Shown here: positions 12,911 to 29,733 of the stretch, in pieces
How positions within the stretch are numbered: position 1 is the stretch's first letter
Layout of the letters: each line of letters starts with the position of its first letter
Source: Escherichia coli
GTDB taxonomy: Bacteria > Pseudomonadota > Gammaproteobacteria > Enterobacterales > Enterobacteriaceae
Assembly (NCBI RefSeq): GCF_003334335.1
Contig: NZ_QOWQ01000012.1
Reading direction: 5' to 3' (one strand)
DNA: 64,000 nt
Made by a program: the position numbers and the translations under genes
Notes under the pieces: generated by a model
Database searches by the model: none
Seen by the model: only the letters and a program-made list of their open reading frames with translations
What the model was told of the DNA's origin: nothing

Positions 12911-13089
12911 GCTGCCACTCCTGCTATACTCGTCATACTTCAAGTTGCATGTGCTGCGGCTGCATTCGTTCACCCCAGTCACTTACTTATGTAAGCTCCT
13001 GGGGCTTCACTCGTTTGCCGCCTTCCTGCAACTCGAATTATTTAGAGTCTATGAATAATTTCTTAAGCATAGCAGGAGTGGAGTAGGGA

Positions 13090-14952
13090 TTATGCCAGCC
13101 AGGCCTTGATTTTGGCTTCCATACCAGCGGCATCGAGGCCGAGTTCGGCGCGCATTTCTTCCTGAGTTCCTTGCGGAATAAAGAAGTCCGGCAGGCCAAT
13201 GTTCAGCACGGGTACTGGTTTACGATGGGCCATCAGCACTTCGTTCACGCCGCTGCCTGCGCCGCCCATAATGGCGTTTTCTTCTACGGTGACCAGCGCT
13301 TCATGGCTGGCGGCCATTTCCAGAATTAACGCTTCATCAAGCGGTTTCACAAAACGCATATCGACCAGCGTGGCGTTCAGCGATTCGGCGACTTTCGCCG
13401 CTTCTGGCATCAGCGTACCAAAGTTAAGGATCGCCAGTTTCTCGCCACGACGCTTCACAATGCCTTTGCCAATTGGTAGTTTTTCCAGCGGCGTCAGTTC
13501 CACGCCGACCGCGTTGCCACGCGGGTAGCGCACCGCTGACGGGCCATCGTTATAGTGATAGCCGGTATAGAGCATCTGGCGACATTCGTTTTCATCGCTC
13601 GGGGTCATAATGACCATTTCCGGTATGCAGCGCAGGTAAGAGAGATCAAAAGCACCCTGATGGGTTTGACCGTCAGCACCAACAATGCCCGCGCGGTCGA
13701 TGGCGAACAGGACCGGAAGCTTTTGAATCGCCACGTCATGCAGCACCTGATCATAGGCGCGTTGCAGGAAAGTGGAGTAAATCGCGACAATGGGTTTGTA
13801 CCCACCAATCGCCAGACCCGCAGCAAAGGTCACCGCGTGTTGCTCGGCAATTGCCACGTCGAAGTAGCGATCCGGGAATTTACGTGAAAACTCGACCATG
13901 CCGGAACCTTCACGCATCGCCGGAGTAATCGCCATCAGCTTGTTGTCTTTCGCTGCCGTTTCGCACAACCAGTCGCCAAAGATTTTTGAATAGCTCGGCA
14001 AACCGCCGCTACTTTTCGGCAAACAACCGCTGGAGGGATCAAATTTAGGCACGGCGTGGAAAGTGATCGGGTCTTTTTCTGCCGGTTCATAACCACGACC
14101 TTTTTTGGTCATGATATGCAGGAACTGCGGGCCTTTCAGGTCGCGCATGTTCTTTAGCGTGGTGATAAGCCCCAGCACATCGTGACCGTCCACCGGGCCG
14201 ATGTAGTTAAAGCCCAGCTCTTCAAACAACGTGCCAGGCACTACCATGCCTTTAATATGTTCTTCGGTGCGTTTGAGCAGCTCTTTAATTGGCGGCACGC
14301 CAGAGAAAACTTTTTTCCCGCCTTCGCGCAGTGAAGAGTAAAGCTTACCGGAAAGCAGCTGTGCCAGATGGTTGTTGAGCGCGCCGACATTTTCGGAAAT
14401 CGACATTTCATTGTCGTTGAGAATCACCAGCATATCAGGACGGATATCGCCCGCGTGATTCATCGCTTCAAACGCCATGCCTGCGGTAATCGCGCCATCG
14501 CCAATGACACAGACGGTGCGGCGATTTTTGCCTTCTTTTTCGGCAGCAACCGCAATACCAATTCCGGCACTGATGGAGGTTGATGAATGCCCGACGCTTA
14601 ATACGTCATATTCGCTTTCGCCGCGCCACGGGAACGGGTGCAGACCGCCTTTCTGACGGATGGTGCCGATTTTGTCGCGGCGTCCGGTCAAAATTTTATG
14701 CGGATAAGCCTGATGCCCCACATCCCAAATCAATTGGTCAAACGGGGTGTTGTAGACATAGTGCAGCGCCACGGTCAGTTCGACCGTGCCCAGCCCGGAG
14801 GCGAAGTGCCCGCTGGAACGGCTCACGCTGTCGAGTAAATAGCGGCGCAGTTCGTCGCAGAGTTTCGGTAAACTCTCTTTCGGCAACAGTCGTAACTCCT
14901 GGGTGGAGTCGACCAGTGCCAGGGTCGGGTATTTGGCAATATCAAAACTCAT
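13090..14952 (-). CDS. dxs: 1-deoxy-D-xylulose-5-phosphate synthase
   Basis: 620 aa; thiamine-diphosphate binding motif [18 protein letters not shown]; transketolase-like. Confidence 0.97.
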   Translation of the reverse strand: MSFDIAKYPTLALVDSTQELRLLPKESLPKLCDELRRYLLDSVSRSSGHFASGLGTVELTVALHYVYNTPFDQLIWDVGHQAYPHKILTGRRDKIGTIRQKGGLHPFPWRGESEYDVLSVGHSSTSISAGIGIAVAAEKEGKNRRTVCVIGDGAITAGMAFEAMNHAGDIRPDMLVILNDNEMSISENVGALNNHLAQLLSGKLYSSLREGGKKVFSGVPPIKELLKRTEEHIKGMVVPGTLFEELGFNYIGPVDGHDVLGLITTLKNMRDLKGPQFLHIMTKKGRGYEPAEKDPITFHAVPKFDPSSGCLPKSSGGLPSYSKIFGDWLCETAAKDNKLMAITPAMREGSGMVEFSRKFPDRYFDVAIAEQHAVTFAAGLAIGGYKPIVAIYSTFLQRAYDQVLHDVAIQKLPVLFAIDRAGIVGADGQTHQGAFDLSYLRCIPEMVIMTPSDENECRQMLYTGYHYNDGPSAVRYPRGNAVGVELTPLEKLPIGKGIVKRRGEKLAILNFGTLMPEAAKVAESLNATLVDMRFVKPLDEALILEMAASHEALVTVEENAIMGGAGSGVNEVLMAHRKPVPVLNIGLPDFFIPQGTQEEMRAELGLDAAGMEAKIKAWLA

Positions 14953-14976
14953 CAGGGGCCTATTAATACTTATTGT

Positions 14977-15876
14977 TTATTTATTACGCTGGATGATGTA
15001 GTCCGCTAGCGCTTCCAGTGCCGAGGTATCGAGTGACTGTTCAGCCAGTTGTTTCAGCGACTGACGGGCATCGTCGATCAGATCCCGGGCTTTCTTCCGG
15101 GCTTGCTCAAGACCCAGAAGTGCAGGGTAGGTACTTTTACCAAGTTGCTGGTCGGCACCCTGGCGTTTTCCCAACGTTGCAGTATCTCCCACCACATCCA
15201 GGATGTCATCCTGAACCTGGAAGGCAAGGCCGATGCTCTCTGCATACTTGTCGAGTACCGGCAGAGCACGACGTCCTTTATCTCCGGCGCTTAATGCACC
15301 AAGGCGAACGGCGGCGCGAATCAATGCGCCGGTTTTATGACGATGAATACGCTCAAGCGCGTCCAGAGGTACGTGTTTGCCTTCCGCGTCTAAATCTAAT
15401 GCCTGACCACCGCACATTCCGGCAATACCACTGGCGCTCGCCAGTTCAGAAATCATCGAAATTCTGTCGCGGTCCGACACTTCCGGCATATCGGCATCGC
15501 TTAAAATCGAGAACGCCAGCGTTTGTAAAGCGTCGCCAGCGAGAATCGCGTTTGCTTCGCCAAACTTCACATGGCAGGTTGGCAAACCGCGACGCAGATC
15601 GTCATCATCCATTGCCGGTAAATCATCATGAATTAATGAGTAAGCGTGGATACACTCAACGGCGGCAGCGGGTGCGTCCAGCGTGTTTGTGCTAACGCCG
15701 AACATATGACCGGTGGCATAAACCAGGAAAGGTCGCAGGCGCTTACCACCTAATAATGCGCCATACTGCATGGTTTCGACCACGGGAGTGTTCTGAAAGG
15801 GCAGTGGGGCGATAAAACGGCTCAGCGCCTGGTTGGCCTGCTTAACGCAGGCTTCGAGTTGCTGCGGAAAGTCCAT
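14977..15876 (-). CDS. ispA: farnesyl diphosphate synthase
   Basis: 299 aa; first aspartate-rich motif LIHDDLPAMDDDDLRRG and second DD-containing motif FQVQDDILD. Confidence 0.96.
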   Translation of the reverse strand: MDFPQQLEACVKQANQALSRFIAPLPFQNTPVVETMQYGALLGGKRLRPFLVYATGHMFGVSTNTLDAPAAAVECIHAYSLIHDDLPAMDDDDLRRGLPTCHVKFGEANAILAGDALQTLAFSILSDADMPEVSDRDRISMISELASASGIAGMCGGQALDLDAEGKHVPLDALERIHRHKTGALIRAAVRLGALSAGDKGRRALPVLDKYAESIGLAFQVQDDILDVVGDTATLGKRQGADQQLGKSTYPALLGLEQARKKARDLIDDARQSLKQLAEQSLDTSALEALADYIIQRNK

Positions 15877-16118
15877 TACTCATTGTCCGGTGTAAAAGGG
15901 GTTAGAGAGGCGTCTTCATTGTCAGACAGCAGAATTTGTACGCGCTGTTCGGCTTGTTGTAATTTGGCCTGCCCCTGACGTGCCAGCTGCACGCCGCGTT
16001 CGAACTCGTTCAGCGCCTCTTCCAGCGGCAGGTCGCCACTTTCCAGACGGGTTACAATCTGTTCCAGCTCGCTCAGCGCCTTTTCAAAGCTGGCGGGCGC
16101 CTCATTTTTCTTCGGCAT
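15876..16118 (-). CDS. xseB: exodeoxyribonuclease VII small subunit
   Basis: 80 aa; stop overlaps the ispA start by 1 nt; part of the xseB-ispA-dxs operon. Confidence 0.94.
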
Positions 16119-16323
16119 AATGAATGTCTGACTCTCAATATTTTTCGCCCCGTCATGGTAACGGACTCAGGGCAAATAGCAAATAACGCGCAATGGTAAG
16201 GTGATGTGCACAGCAAAGCGATGTTAGTGGTATACTTCCGCGCCTGGATGCAGCCGCAGGTGTGGGCTGCTGTATTTTTCCCTATACAAGTCGCTTAAGG
16301 CTTGCCAACGAACCATTGCCGCC

Positions 16324-17772
16324 ATGAAGTTTATCATTAAATTGTTCCCGGAAATCACCATCAAAAGCCAATCTGTGCGCTTGCGCTTTATAAAAATCCT
16401 TACCGGGAACATTCGTAACGTTTTAAAGCACTATGATGAGACGCTCGCTGTCGTCCGCCACTGGGATAACATCGAAGTTCGCGCAAAAGATGAAAACCAG
16501 CGTCTGGCTATTCGCGACGCTCTGACCCGTATTCCGGGTATCCACCATATTCTCGAAGTCGAAGACGTGCCGTTTACCGACATGCACGATATTTTCGAGA
16601 AAGCGTTGGTTCAGTATCGCGATCAGCTGGAAGGCAAAACCTTCTGCGTACGCGTGAAGCGCCGTGGCAAACATGATTTTAGCTCGATTGATGTGGAACG
16701 TTACGTCGGCGGCGGTTTAAATCAGCATATTGAATCCGCGCGCGTGAAGCTGACCAATCCGGATGTGACTGTCCATCTGGAAGTGGAAGACGATCGTCTC
16801 CTGCTGATTAAAGGCCGCTACGAAGGTATTGGCGGTTTCCCGATCGGCACCCAGGAAGATGTGCTGTCGCTCATTTCCGGTGGTTTCGACTCCGGTGTTT
16901 CCAGTTATATGTTGATGCGTCGCGGCTGCCGCGTGCATTACTGCTTCTTTAACCTCGGCGGCGCGGCGCATGAAATTGGCGTGCGTCAGGTGGCGCATTA
17001 TCTGTGGAACCGCTTTGGCAGCTCCCACCGCGTGCGTTTTGTCGCTATTAATTTCGAACCGGTCGTCGGGGAAATTCTCGAGAAAATCGACGACGGTCAG
17101 ATGGGCGTTATCCTCAAACGTATGATGGTGCGTGCCGCATCTAAAGTGGCTGAACGTTACGGCGTACAGGCGCTGGTCACCGGCGAAGCGCTCGGCCAGG
17201 TGTCCAGCCAGACGCTGACCAACCTGCGCCTGATTGATAACGTCTCCGACACGCTGATCCTGCGTCCGCTGATCTCTTACGACAAAGAGCACATCATCAA
17301 CCTGGCCCGCCAGATTGGCACCGAAGACTTTGCTCGCACGATGCCGGAATATTGTGGTGTGATCTCCAAAAGCCCGACGGTGAAAGCAGTTAAATCGAAG
17401 ATTGAAGCGGAAGAAGAGAAGTTCGACTTCAGCATTCTCGATAAAGTGGTTGAGGAAGCGAATAACGTTGATATCCGCGAAATCGCCCAGCAGACCGAGC
17501 AGGAAGTGGTGGAAGTGGAAACCGTCAATGGCTTCGGCCCGAACGACGTGATCCTCGATATCCGTTCTATCGATGAACAGGAAGATAAGCCACTGAAAGT
17601 CGAAGGGATTGATGTGGTTTCTCTGCCGTTCTATAAACTGAGCACCAAATTTGGCGATCTCGACCAGAACAAAACCTGGCTGCTGTGGTGTGAGCGCGGG
17701 GTGATGAGCCGTCTGCAGGCGCTCTATCTGCGCGAGCAGGGCTTTAACAATGTGAAGGTATATCGCCCGTAA
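16324..17772 (+). CDS. thiI: tRNA 4-thiouridine synthase / thiazole sulfur carrier ThiI
   Basis: 482 aa; THUMP region, PP-loop SGGFDSGV, C-terminal rhodanese-like domain with a Cys in CERGVMS. Confidence 0.96.
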
Positions 17773-17784
17773 TTTGTGGTTTTT

Positions 17785-17810
17785 ACGTCGCATCTGGTCA
17801 GATGCGACGT
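17785..17810. terminator. hairpin at the thiI/yajL convergent junction
   Basis: 10-bp stem ACGTCGCATC / GATGCGACGT with loop TGGTCA, flanked by T-run upstream; canonical U-tail is weak for both strands. Confidence 0.4.
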
Positions 17811-17825
17811 TTGCCGCATCCGACA

Positions 17826-19290
<1,465 letters not shown>

Positions 19291-19332
19291 TGTTCCTCCT
19301 CACCCGCAACCACTCCGGGTGTTCAATAAGGC

Positions 19333-19380
19333 TATCCCTTAATTGTGCATGCTGTTGCGACTATGCACAATTAAGGGATA
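19333..19380. repeat. 18-bp perfect inverted repeat with 12-nt spacer in the panE/yajQ divergent intergenic region
   Basis: TATCCCTTAATTGTGCAT-gctgttgcgact-ATGCACAATTAAGGGATA, read directly; not REP-like; a second short palindrome GTCCTGgtgCAGGAC follows at 19382-19396. Confidence 0.9.
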
Positions 19381-19457
19381 CGTCCTGGTGCAGGACTGTC
19401 GGTTATTTAACTTTGCGGGTATTATGCTTCGCATCAAAAATGAAGGGAGAGGAAAAG

Positions 19458-19949
19458 ATGCCATCTTTCGATATTGTCTCTGAAGTTGATCTTCAGGAAG
19501 CACGTAACGCGGTCGATAACGCGAGCCGCGAAGTGGAGTCCCGTTTTGACTTCCGTAACGTTGAAGCCTCATTTGAGCTGAACGACGCCAGCAAAACCAT
19601 CAAAGTGTTGAGCGAGTCCGATTTCCAGGTCAATCAGTTGCTGGATATTCTGCGTGCCAAGCTGCTGAAGCGCGGCATTGAAGGCAGTTCGCTGGATGTA
19701 CCGGAGAATATCGTTCATAGCGGTAAAACCTGGTTTGTGGAAGCGAAACTGAAACAGGGCATTGAGAGCGCGACCCAGAAGAAAATCGTCAAGATGATCA
19801 AAGACAGCAAACTGAAAGTGCAGGCGCAAATTCAGGGCGATGAAATCCGCGTAACGGGCAAATCTCGTGATGATTTGCAGGCTGTCATGGCGATGGTACG
19901 TGGTGGCGATCTCGGTCAGCCGTTCCAGTTCAAAAACTTCCGCGATTAA
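19458..19949 (+). CDS. yajQ: nucleotide-binding protein YajQ
   Basis: Internal ATG at 19458 gives 163 aa starting [19 protein letters not shown]; RBS GGGAGAGG at 19445-19452; the supplied ORF's 56-codon upstream extension runs through the palindrome and is rejected. Confidence 0.93.
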
Positions 19950-19977
19950 TCGCGACTATGTGCGTTTTGTTCATGTC

Positions 19978-20061
19978 AGATGCGGCATGAACGCCTGATT
20001 CGGCCTACAAAGGTTTGTAATTCAGAAACTTTGTAGGCCTGATAAGCGTAGCGCAGCAGGC
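19978..20061. repeat. BIME composed of two inverted REP elements
   Basis: GATGCGGCATGAACGCCTGATTCGGCCTACA and TGTAGGCCTGATAAGCGTAGCGCAGCAGGC flanking a short palindromic linker, between yajQ and the yajR 3' end. Confidence 0.8.
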
Positions 20062-20076
20062 AATTCGCCGCGTTTT

Positions 20077-21441
20077 TTATGCCTGACGAATTGCCTGTTC
20101 TATCTCAAAGCGATTCGTCACTTTGCTGTCGATTTTCACATAAGCTGAATGTTCTTCTTCTGCAATCAACACTTCTTTGATGCCTTCAGTTTCTAGCAAA
20201 CGCACTTTTAACGCCTCGTTTGCGGCAATGTTCGCCGGGATTTCAATGCGCAAACTGCTGACATACGGCGGTTCTTTCATGGTACTGGCGACTGTCAGCC
20301 ACACTGCGGCCAGCATTGCGCCAGCGAGAAATACCCCCTGACCGTCAAACATGCCGTTAATCCAGCCGCCCAGCGAACCGCCAATCGCCACGCCAAGAAA
20401 CTGGCTGGTGGAGTAAACACCCATCGCCGTACCTTTGTAACCTGCTGGCGACTCTTTACTGATAAGTGAGGGCAGGAGGGCTTCCATCAAATTAAACGCC
20501 ACAAAGAAAAGCTGCACGCCGACCACCAGTTGCCAGAACTGCGTTTGCGCGTTCCACAACACAATTTCCGCAACCACGATCAACCCGACGCAGAAGACAA
20601 AGACTTGCTTCATTTTGCGCTTAACTTCAGCGTAGATAATGAAAGGCACGACCGAGCCAAAGGCGATTAGCATTGTCGCCAGATAGACCTTCCAGTGTTC
20701 AGCCGCCGGGAACCCTGCATCAGCCAGTTGTCCGGGCAGGGCAACAAACGTCGACATCAGCAAAATATGCAGACACATAATGCCAAAGTTGAGTTTCAGC
20801 AGCCGCGGTTCCGCCAGCACTTTACTGAAACTGCCTTTCACCATTCCGGACTCACGATTAAGTACGTGAGTGCTACTGTTGGGCACAACCCAAATGGTCA
20901 ACGCAATGCCGGTCGTTGCCAGAATAGCGATCATCCAGAACAGCGCGTGCAGCCCAAGTTTGTGAGTGATGATCGGGCCAAGCACCATCGCAATGGCAAA
21001 GGTAATGCCAAAGCTCACGCCGATAAACGCCATCGCTTTGGTGCGGTTTTGTTCGCGCGTGAGATCGGAAAGCAGCGCCATAACGGCGGCGGCAATTGCT
21101 CCAGAGCCTTGTAGCGCCCGGCCCAGAATAATTCCCCAGATGGAGTCGGAAAGCGCAGCGATAACGCTACCGGCGGCAAACACCGCCAGCCCACCGACAA
21201 TTAATGGTTTGCGACCAATGCGGTCGGAAAGCAGGCCAAACGGAATCTGAAAAACGGCCTGAGTCAGACCATAAATACCAATGGCAATACCGATTAATGC
21301 TTCGCTGGCACCTTGCAGAGCCATGCCGTACGTGGTCAGAACCGGCAGAACCATAAACATGCCCAGCATGCGCAACGAGAATACGGTCCCTAAACCCCAG
21401 GTCGCGCGCCTCTCACCTGGCGTCATTTTATAATCGTTCAT
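20077..21441 (-). CDS. yajR: MFS transporter YajR
   Basis: Internal ATG gives 454 aa starting MNDYKMTPGERRATWGLGTVF; 12 predicted TM helices plus a C-terminal soluble domain. Confidence 0.92.
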   Translation of the reverse strand: MNDYKMTPGERRATWGLGTVFSLRMLGMFMVLPVLTTYGMALQGASEALIGIAIGIYGLTQAVFQIPFGLLSDRIGRKPLIVGGLAVFAAGSVIAALSDSIWGIILGRALQGSGAIAAAVMALLSDLTREQNRTKAMAFIGVSFGITFAIAMVLGPIITHKLGLHALFWMIAILATTGIALTIWVVPNSSTHVLNRESGMVKGSFSKVLAEPRLLKLNFGIMCLHILLMSTFVALPGQLADAGFPAAEHWKVYLATMLIAFGSVVPFIIYAEVKRKMKQVFVFCVGLIVVAEIVLWNAQTQFWQLVVGVQLFFVAFNLMEALLPSLISKESPAGYKGTAMGVYSTSQFLGVAIGGSLGGWINGMFDGQGVFLAGAMLAAVWLTVASTMKEPPYVSSLRIEIPANIAANEALKVRLLETEGIKEVLIAEEEHSAYVKIDSKVTNRFEIEQAIRQA

Positions 21442-21548
21442 TACCACCTCTGTTTTAAATTCGCGACTAGTGTAAAGCGGCAAACGAATGGGGTAAACAT
21501 GCGGATTTTTTAGTAAATATTTCGAGAGGGATATGTTTCTAATGCTAA

Positions 21549-21574
21549 GAAAAAAGGTGCCGTAGCACCTTTTT
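21549..21574 (-). terminator. intrinsic terminator of the cyoABCDE operon
   Basis: Stem AGGTGC / GCACCT with 4-nt loop; on the minus strand it is followed by a U-run (A-run at 21551-21555), 15 nt past the cyoE stop. Confidence 0.75.
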
Positions 21575-21589
21575 AATAGAGAGGTTTTG

Positions 21590-22480
21590 TTACCACACAG
21601 CAGCCAGCAGCGTATGCGAGTCCGGTACCATAAAATCAACGGACATCATCACCGAGAGGGCAGTGATGGCGATGATAGAGAAGCCGAACAGCTTGCGCGC
21701 CCAGATTCTGTCATCAGCAACTTTATAACCGCGCAGAGCCATACCTAACCACCAGACGCTAACCGCCGCGGCGACCACCAGATATTTATACCCAGCGTAA
21801 CCGCCAAGAGAGAGCATCAGCGTGGCAACGGCAAAGGCGATGATATACAGCGTGATGTGATTCTTCGCCACCGAAATGCCTTTTACCACTGGCAATACCG
21901 GAATGTTTGCCGCCTGGTAATCCTTAAAGCGGAAAATGGCGATGGCATAGGAGTGAGGCATCTGCCACAGGCTGAAGATAGCCAGCAGGATCGCTGCGCC
22001 GCTATCGAACTCACCGGTTACCGCACAGTAGCCGATCACCGGCGGCGCAGCGCCGGAGAGCGAACCAATCAACGTGCCGTAGACAGAGTGGCGTTTCATG
22101 TACAGGCTATAAACGCCGACATAAACCACAAAGCCCATCACCCCCAGCCAGCAGGCCAGCGGATTCGCGCCAAACCACAGCAGCATAAAGCCAGCAATAC
22201 CCAGCAACGTGGCGTACACCAGCGAGACAGCAGGAGAGATCAGGCCTTTCACCAGCACCCGATTCTTCGTCCTTTCCATCTTTCTGTCGATATCCCTGTC
22301 GATGTAGTTGTTAAACACACAACCCGACGCCACAACCAGTGACACCCCAACCAGCGTGTAGATAAACAGGGGATAATCAATGCTGCCCTTTGAGGCCAGC
22401 AGGAATCCCCCAATCACCGAGATCAGGTTGCCAAAGATGATGCCTGGTTTCGTTACTTGCAGGTATTGCTTAAACATCAT
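21590..22480 (-). CDS. cyoE: heme O synthase (protoheme IX farnesyltransferase)
   Basis: Internal ATG gives 296 aa starting [19 protein letters not shown]; UbiA prenyltransferase-family polytopic membrane protein. Confidence 0.95.
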
Positions 22481-22491
22481 AACCGCCGCTC

Positions 22492-25428
<2,937 letters not shown>

Positions 25429-25437
25429 TCAACCCCT

Positions 25438-26388
<951 letters not shown>

Positions 26389-26844
26389 ACGACCTCAATT
26401 CCACGGGATCTGGTGGCGTTTAAAGTGTGTGGGCATTTTACGGGAAGGTTACATTACTGTAAACATGATTAAATTCCTGTTACTTGGATTTGGCTGCCAG
26501 GTCACATATGTTGCAAAACATATCAGGTTGATTTTAAGAAGCTGTTGCAAAAGGGCGTTATAACAAAAGGGGAGTGCTGAAGGAGTCTGGGCGGGCAATT
26601 GGTATAACCAATGTGAAATAAAACAATTATTTAACAAATAATTATCATTAGAGTGACAACTGGGTGATGAGAAAATAAAGACTCATTAGCTGAATCGTGT
26701 AAGAAAAATAGAATTTATAAATGGCGCCAATAATTTCCAAACGCTAAGCCGCACAAAAGAACAAATATTAATAAGCGATACTGATGTTTATTTAGCCGTA
26801 ATAATTACGGCGAGTGATTACTACAGCTAAATAATATTTACAGA

Positions 26845-28320
26845 TTACGTCAGATGCGTTTTTCGTAGCGCCAGATAATCCAGCAAACCACCAAGCACGA
26901 CGCCAGAAAGGGCGACTAAAACCCCGACTTCCAGCAGAGCAGGCAGGAAAGAGAAGTGCGTCAAATCCAGCGCGTCCATCGTCAATAGCAGTAACCACAC
27001 GGCCAACAGGCTGACGCCCGCCGCCAGTGTCCACATGGCAAAGGCATAACCTGCCGGATATGCGGTACGGGAGATAAAGTTGTCATTTACTCGTGTATAT
27101 TCAAGCGTCTGGCGGCAAACCAGCAGCAAAATAAGCCCTGGTACGGCAGCGGCGACGGAGAATAGATAGAATGTCGACCAGCCGTGTGCTTCAACAAACC
27201 AACCCGCCACGGGGCCGACATAAACTCGCCCTACAGCAGAAAGCGCTGAGAGCAGGGCAAATTGAGTAGCGGAAAATGACTTATTACATAGCGTCATTAA
27301 CAGCGCGACAAAGGCTGATGTGCCCATCCCGCCACAGAGGTTTTCGAAAAAGACGGCTGCGCCCATGCTGTAGAGATGCTTATCAGTAATCGACAGCAGC
27401 CAGTAACCGGCGTTAGACGCACCTTGTAAAATGCCGAAAATCAGCAGTGCCCGGAACAGTGACAGGCGCTGCATCAAAATCCCACCGTACAATGCGCCAA
27501 CAATGGTCGCTAGTAAGCCAAGCGTTTTGTTAACCACGCCTACTTCACCCGCATCAAACCCGACGCCGCGAATCAAAAACGTGGTTGTCAGGCTCATGGC
27601 GAATGCGTCGCCCAGCTTATACAGCACGATAAGAAGCAAAATAAGCCAGGCATTATTGCGACCAAAGAAATCTCGCAGAGGTGCAACAACCGCTTGTTCC
27701 AGCGTTTTTGGCACAGGAATGGTGTCGGTCGGTTCTGGTGCAAGCAACGTCGCGATAATACAGGGGATCAACAGCGCCGCCATCAACCAGTACATGCCCT
27801 GCCAGCCCAGCCATTTATCTGCCAGCCACAGGGCTAGGCCGCCGGAAACCAGCATCCCTAAACGGTAACCCAGAACGCTGATTGCCGCGCCCGCACCACG
27901 TTCTTCTGCCGGGAGCACATCGGTTTTCCACGCATCGAAGACAATATCCTGGGAGGCAGAGCAAAAAGCGATCACCACCGCCAGCGCCGCCATCCAGCGG
28001 AGTTGGGTGCCTGGTTCGAGAAAACCCATCGCCGCAATGGCGACTAATAACAGGATTTGCGTGGCGAGCAGCCAACCGCGTCGCCGCCCAAAAAATGGAG
28101 GCGTGTAGCGGTCCATCAGCGGTGACCAGAGGAATTTAAAAACGTAAGCCTGGCCTACCAGAGAGAAGAAACCAATGGTTTTGAGATCAATATTCTCGAC
28201 CGTCATCCAGGCCTGTAAGGTACCGGATGTCAGGGCGAGCGGTAGCCCGGAAGCAAAACCCAGGATCAGCAATATGGCTGAACGCGGCTGTTGAAAAATA
28301 CGTAAATATTGACTGGACAT
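26845..28320 (-). CDS. ampG: muropeptide (anhydromuropeptide) permease AmpG
   Basis: 491-aa MFS permease; sequence recognised; co-oriented downstream of yajG. Confidence 0.95.
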   Translation of the reverse strand: MSSQYLRIFQQPRSAILLILGFASGLPLALTSGTLQAWMTVENIDLKTIGFFSLVGQAYVFKFLWSPLMDRYTPPFFGRRRGWLLATQILLLVAIAAMGFLEPGTQLRWMAALAVVIAFCSASQDIVFDAWKTDVLPAEERGAGAAISVLGYRLGMLVSGGLALWLADKWLGWQGMYWLMAALLIPCIIATLLAPEPTDTIPVPKTLEQAVVAPLRDFFGRNNAWLILLLIVLYKLGDAFAMSLTTTFLIRGVGFDAGEVGVVNKTLGLLATIVGALYGGILMQRLSLFRALLIFGILQGASNAGYWLLSITDKHLYSMGAAVFFENLCGGMGTSAFVALLMTLCNKSFSATQFALLSALSAVGRVYVGPVAGWFVEAHGWSTFYLFSVAAAVPGLILLLVCRQTLEYTRVNDNFISRTAYPAGYAFAMWTLAAGVSLLAVWLLLLTMDALDLTHFSFLPALLEVGVLVALSGVVLGGLLDYLALRKTHLT

Positions 28321-28363
28321 GGGCGTCTACAGGCCCGGCTTGCACCGGGCCAGAGGGCAGAAA

Positions 28364-28942
28364 TTAACGCACGTTCTGCTTGATGAATTCGTGGATGCTG
28401 GTGTCCTGAGACATATCAGCGATGGTATCGGTCAGCACACTGTTAACCGCATCGGCGATATTTTTGTTGGAGGCCTGGAACGCACCTTCAACGTTGTAGC
28501 TGGCACGATAGTTTTTGGTCATTTTGTTGCCATTCTGCGCGGTAGCGATGATGGCGATATCCGCTTTGGTCGCGATGTTGTAGCGCACGTTGCCCTGGGA
28601 CACGTCAGCATACAGTTGGCTAACGATGATTTGCAGATTAACCGGGCCATTCGGACCAACCATGTAACCACGCGCGGTCATCTGTTTTTCCAGCACTTCT
28701 TGCAGCAGGAAACGCAGATCGCGGGAGGCGGTCAGGGTAACGATTTGATTATCGCGGGTGACTTTTGCCAGCGCCTGATCGGTACGCTGATCGGCACCAT
28801 TAATGCTTACGGTGACGCCCATCAGGCTTGGATCCTGCTGTGGCAGTGTAATCGTCGGGGAAACTTCAATAGTTGTTGGCGGTTTTGCGCATCCTGCAAG
28901 CATAAACAGAGCAACTAACGGGAAGAGGATTTTTTTGAACAT
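28364..28942 (-). CDS. yajG: lipoprotein YajG, function unknown
   Basis: Internal ATG gives 192 aa starting MFKKILFPLVALFMLAGC with lipobox LAGC. Confidence 0.9.
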   Translation of the reverse strand: MFKKILFPLVALFMLAGCAKPPTTIEVSPTITLPQQDPSLMGVTVSINGADQRTDQALAKVTRDNQIVTLTASRDLRFLLQEVLEKQMTARGYMVGPNGPVNLQIIVSQLYADVSQGNVRYNIATKADIAIIATAQNGNKMTKNYRASYNVEGAFQASNKNIADAVNSVLTDTIADMSQDTSIHEFIKQNVR

Positions 28943-29170
28943 GTTCGGGCTCTCAGAGACTCTTAAGCGTGTTTGGTAAAAATTCCCGCCATCATAACAT
29001 TGCCAACGGCGAGGGGAAGTGGGTAAGGCATGTAAATTCATCATGTTGACGAAATAATCGCCCCTGGTAAAAGAAACACTGATGCGAGGCCTGTGTTTCA
29101 ATCTTTAAATCAGTAAACTTCATACGCTTGACGGAAAAACCAGGACGAAACCTAAATATTTGTTGTTAAG

Positions 29171-29200
29171 CTGCAATGGAAACGGTAAAAGCGGCTAGTA
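29171..29200 (+). promoter_or_regulatory. gearbox-type (sigmaS-dependent) promoter of bolA
   Basis: CTGCAA at 29171-29176 and CGGCTAGTA at 29192-29200, matching the gearbox consensus CTGCAA / CGGCAAGT described for bolAp1; assignment from established knowledge. Confidence 0.5.
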
Positions 29201-29246
29201 TTTAAAGGGATGGATGACATCTCAGCGTTGTCGGAGGAGATATTTC

Positions 29247-29564
29247 ATGATGATACGTGAGCGGATAGAAGAAAAATTAAGGGCGGCGTTCCAACCCGTA
29301 TTCCTCGAAGTAGTGGATGAAAGCTATCGTCACAATGTCCCAGCCGGCTCTGAAAGCCATTTTAAAGTTGTGCTGGTCAGCGATCGTTTTACGGGTGAAC
29401 GTTTTCTGAATCGTCATCGAATGATTTACAGTACTTTAGCGGAGGAACTCTCTACTACCGTTCATGCGCTGGCTCTGCATACTTACACTATTAAGGAGTG
29501 GGAAGGGTTGCAGGACACCGTCTTTGCCTCTCCTCCCTGTCGTGGAGCAGGAAGCATCGCGTAA
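29247..29564 (+). CDS. bolA: morphogene/stress regulator BolA
   Basis: ATG at 29247 gives 105 aa starting [17 protein letters not shown]; RBS GGAGGAG at 29233-29239. Confidence 0.93.
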
Positions 29565-29618
29565 AAACGCATTTGCAACTGTCGGCGCTTTTCCAGTATG
29601 TTGCTAAAGATTTTATGA

Positions 29619-29646
29619 AAAACGGCCTGCGGGCCGTTTTGTTTTG
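29619..29646 (+). terminator. intrinsic terminator of bolA
   Basis: Stem AACGGCC / GGCCGTT with loop TGCG, followed by TTTTGTTTTG. Confidence 0.8.
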
Positions 29647-29733
29647 TCTGGATTTTGCGCTTTTTGCCCAGCATTCAGACGAAAATTGCCCGGGAATTGT
29701 GAAAAAATACGCGACAGCGCGCAATAACCGTTC

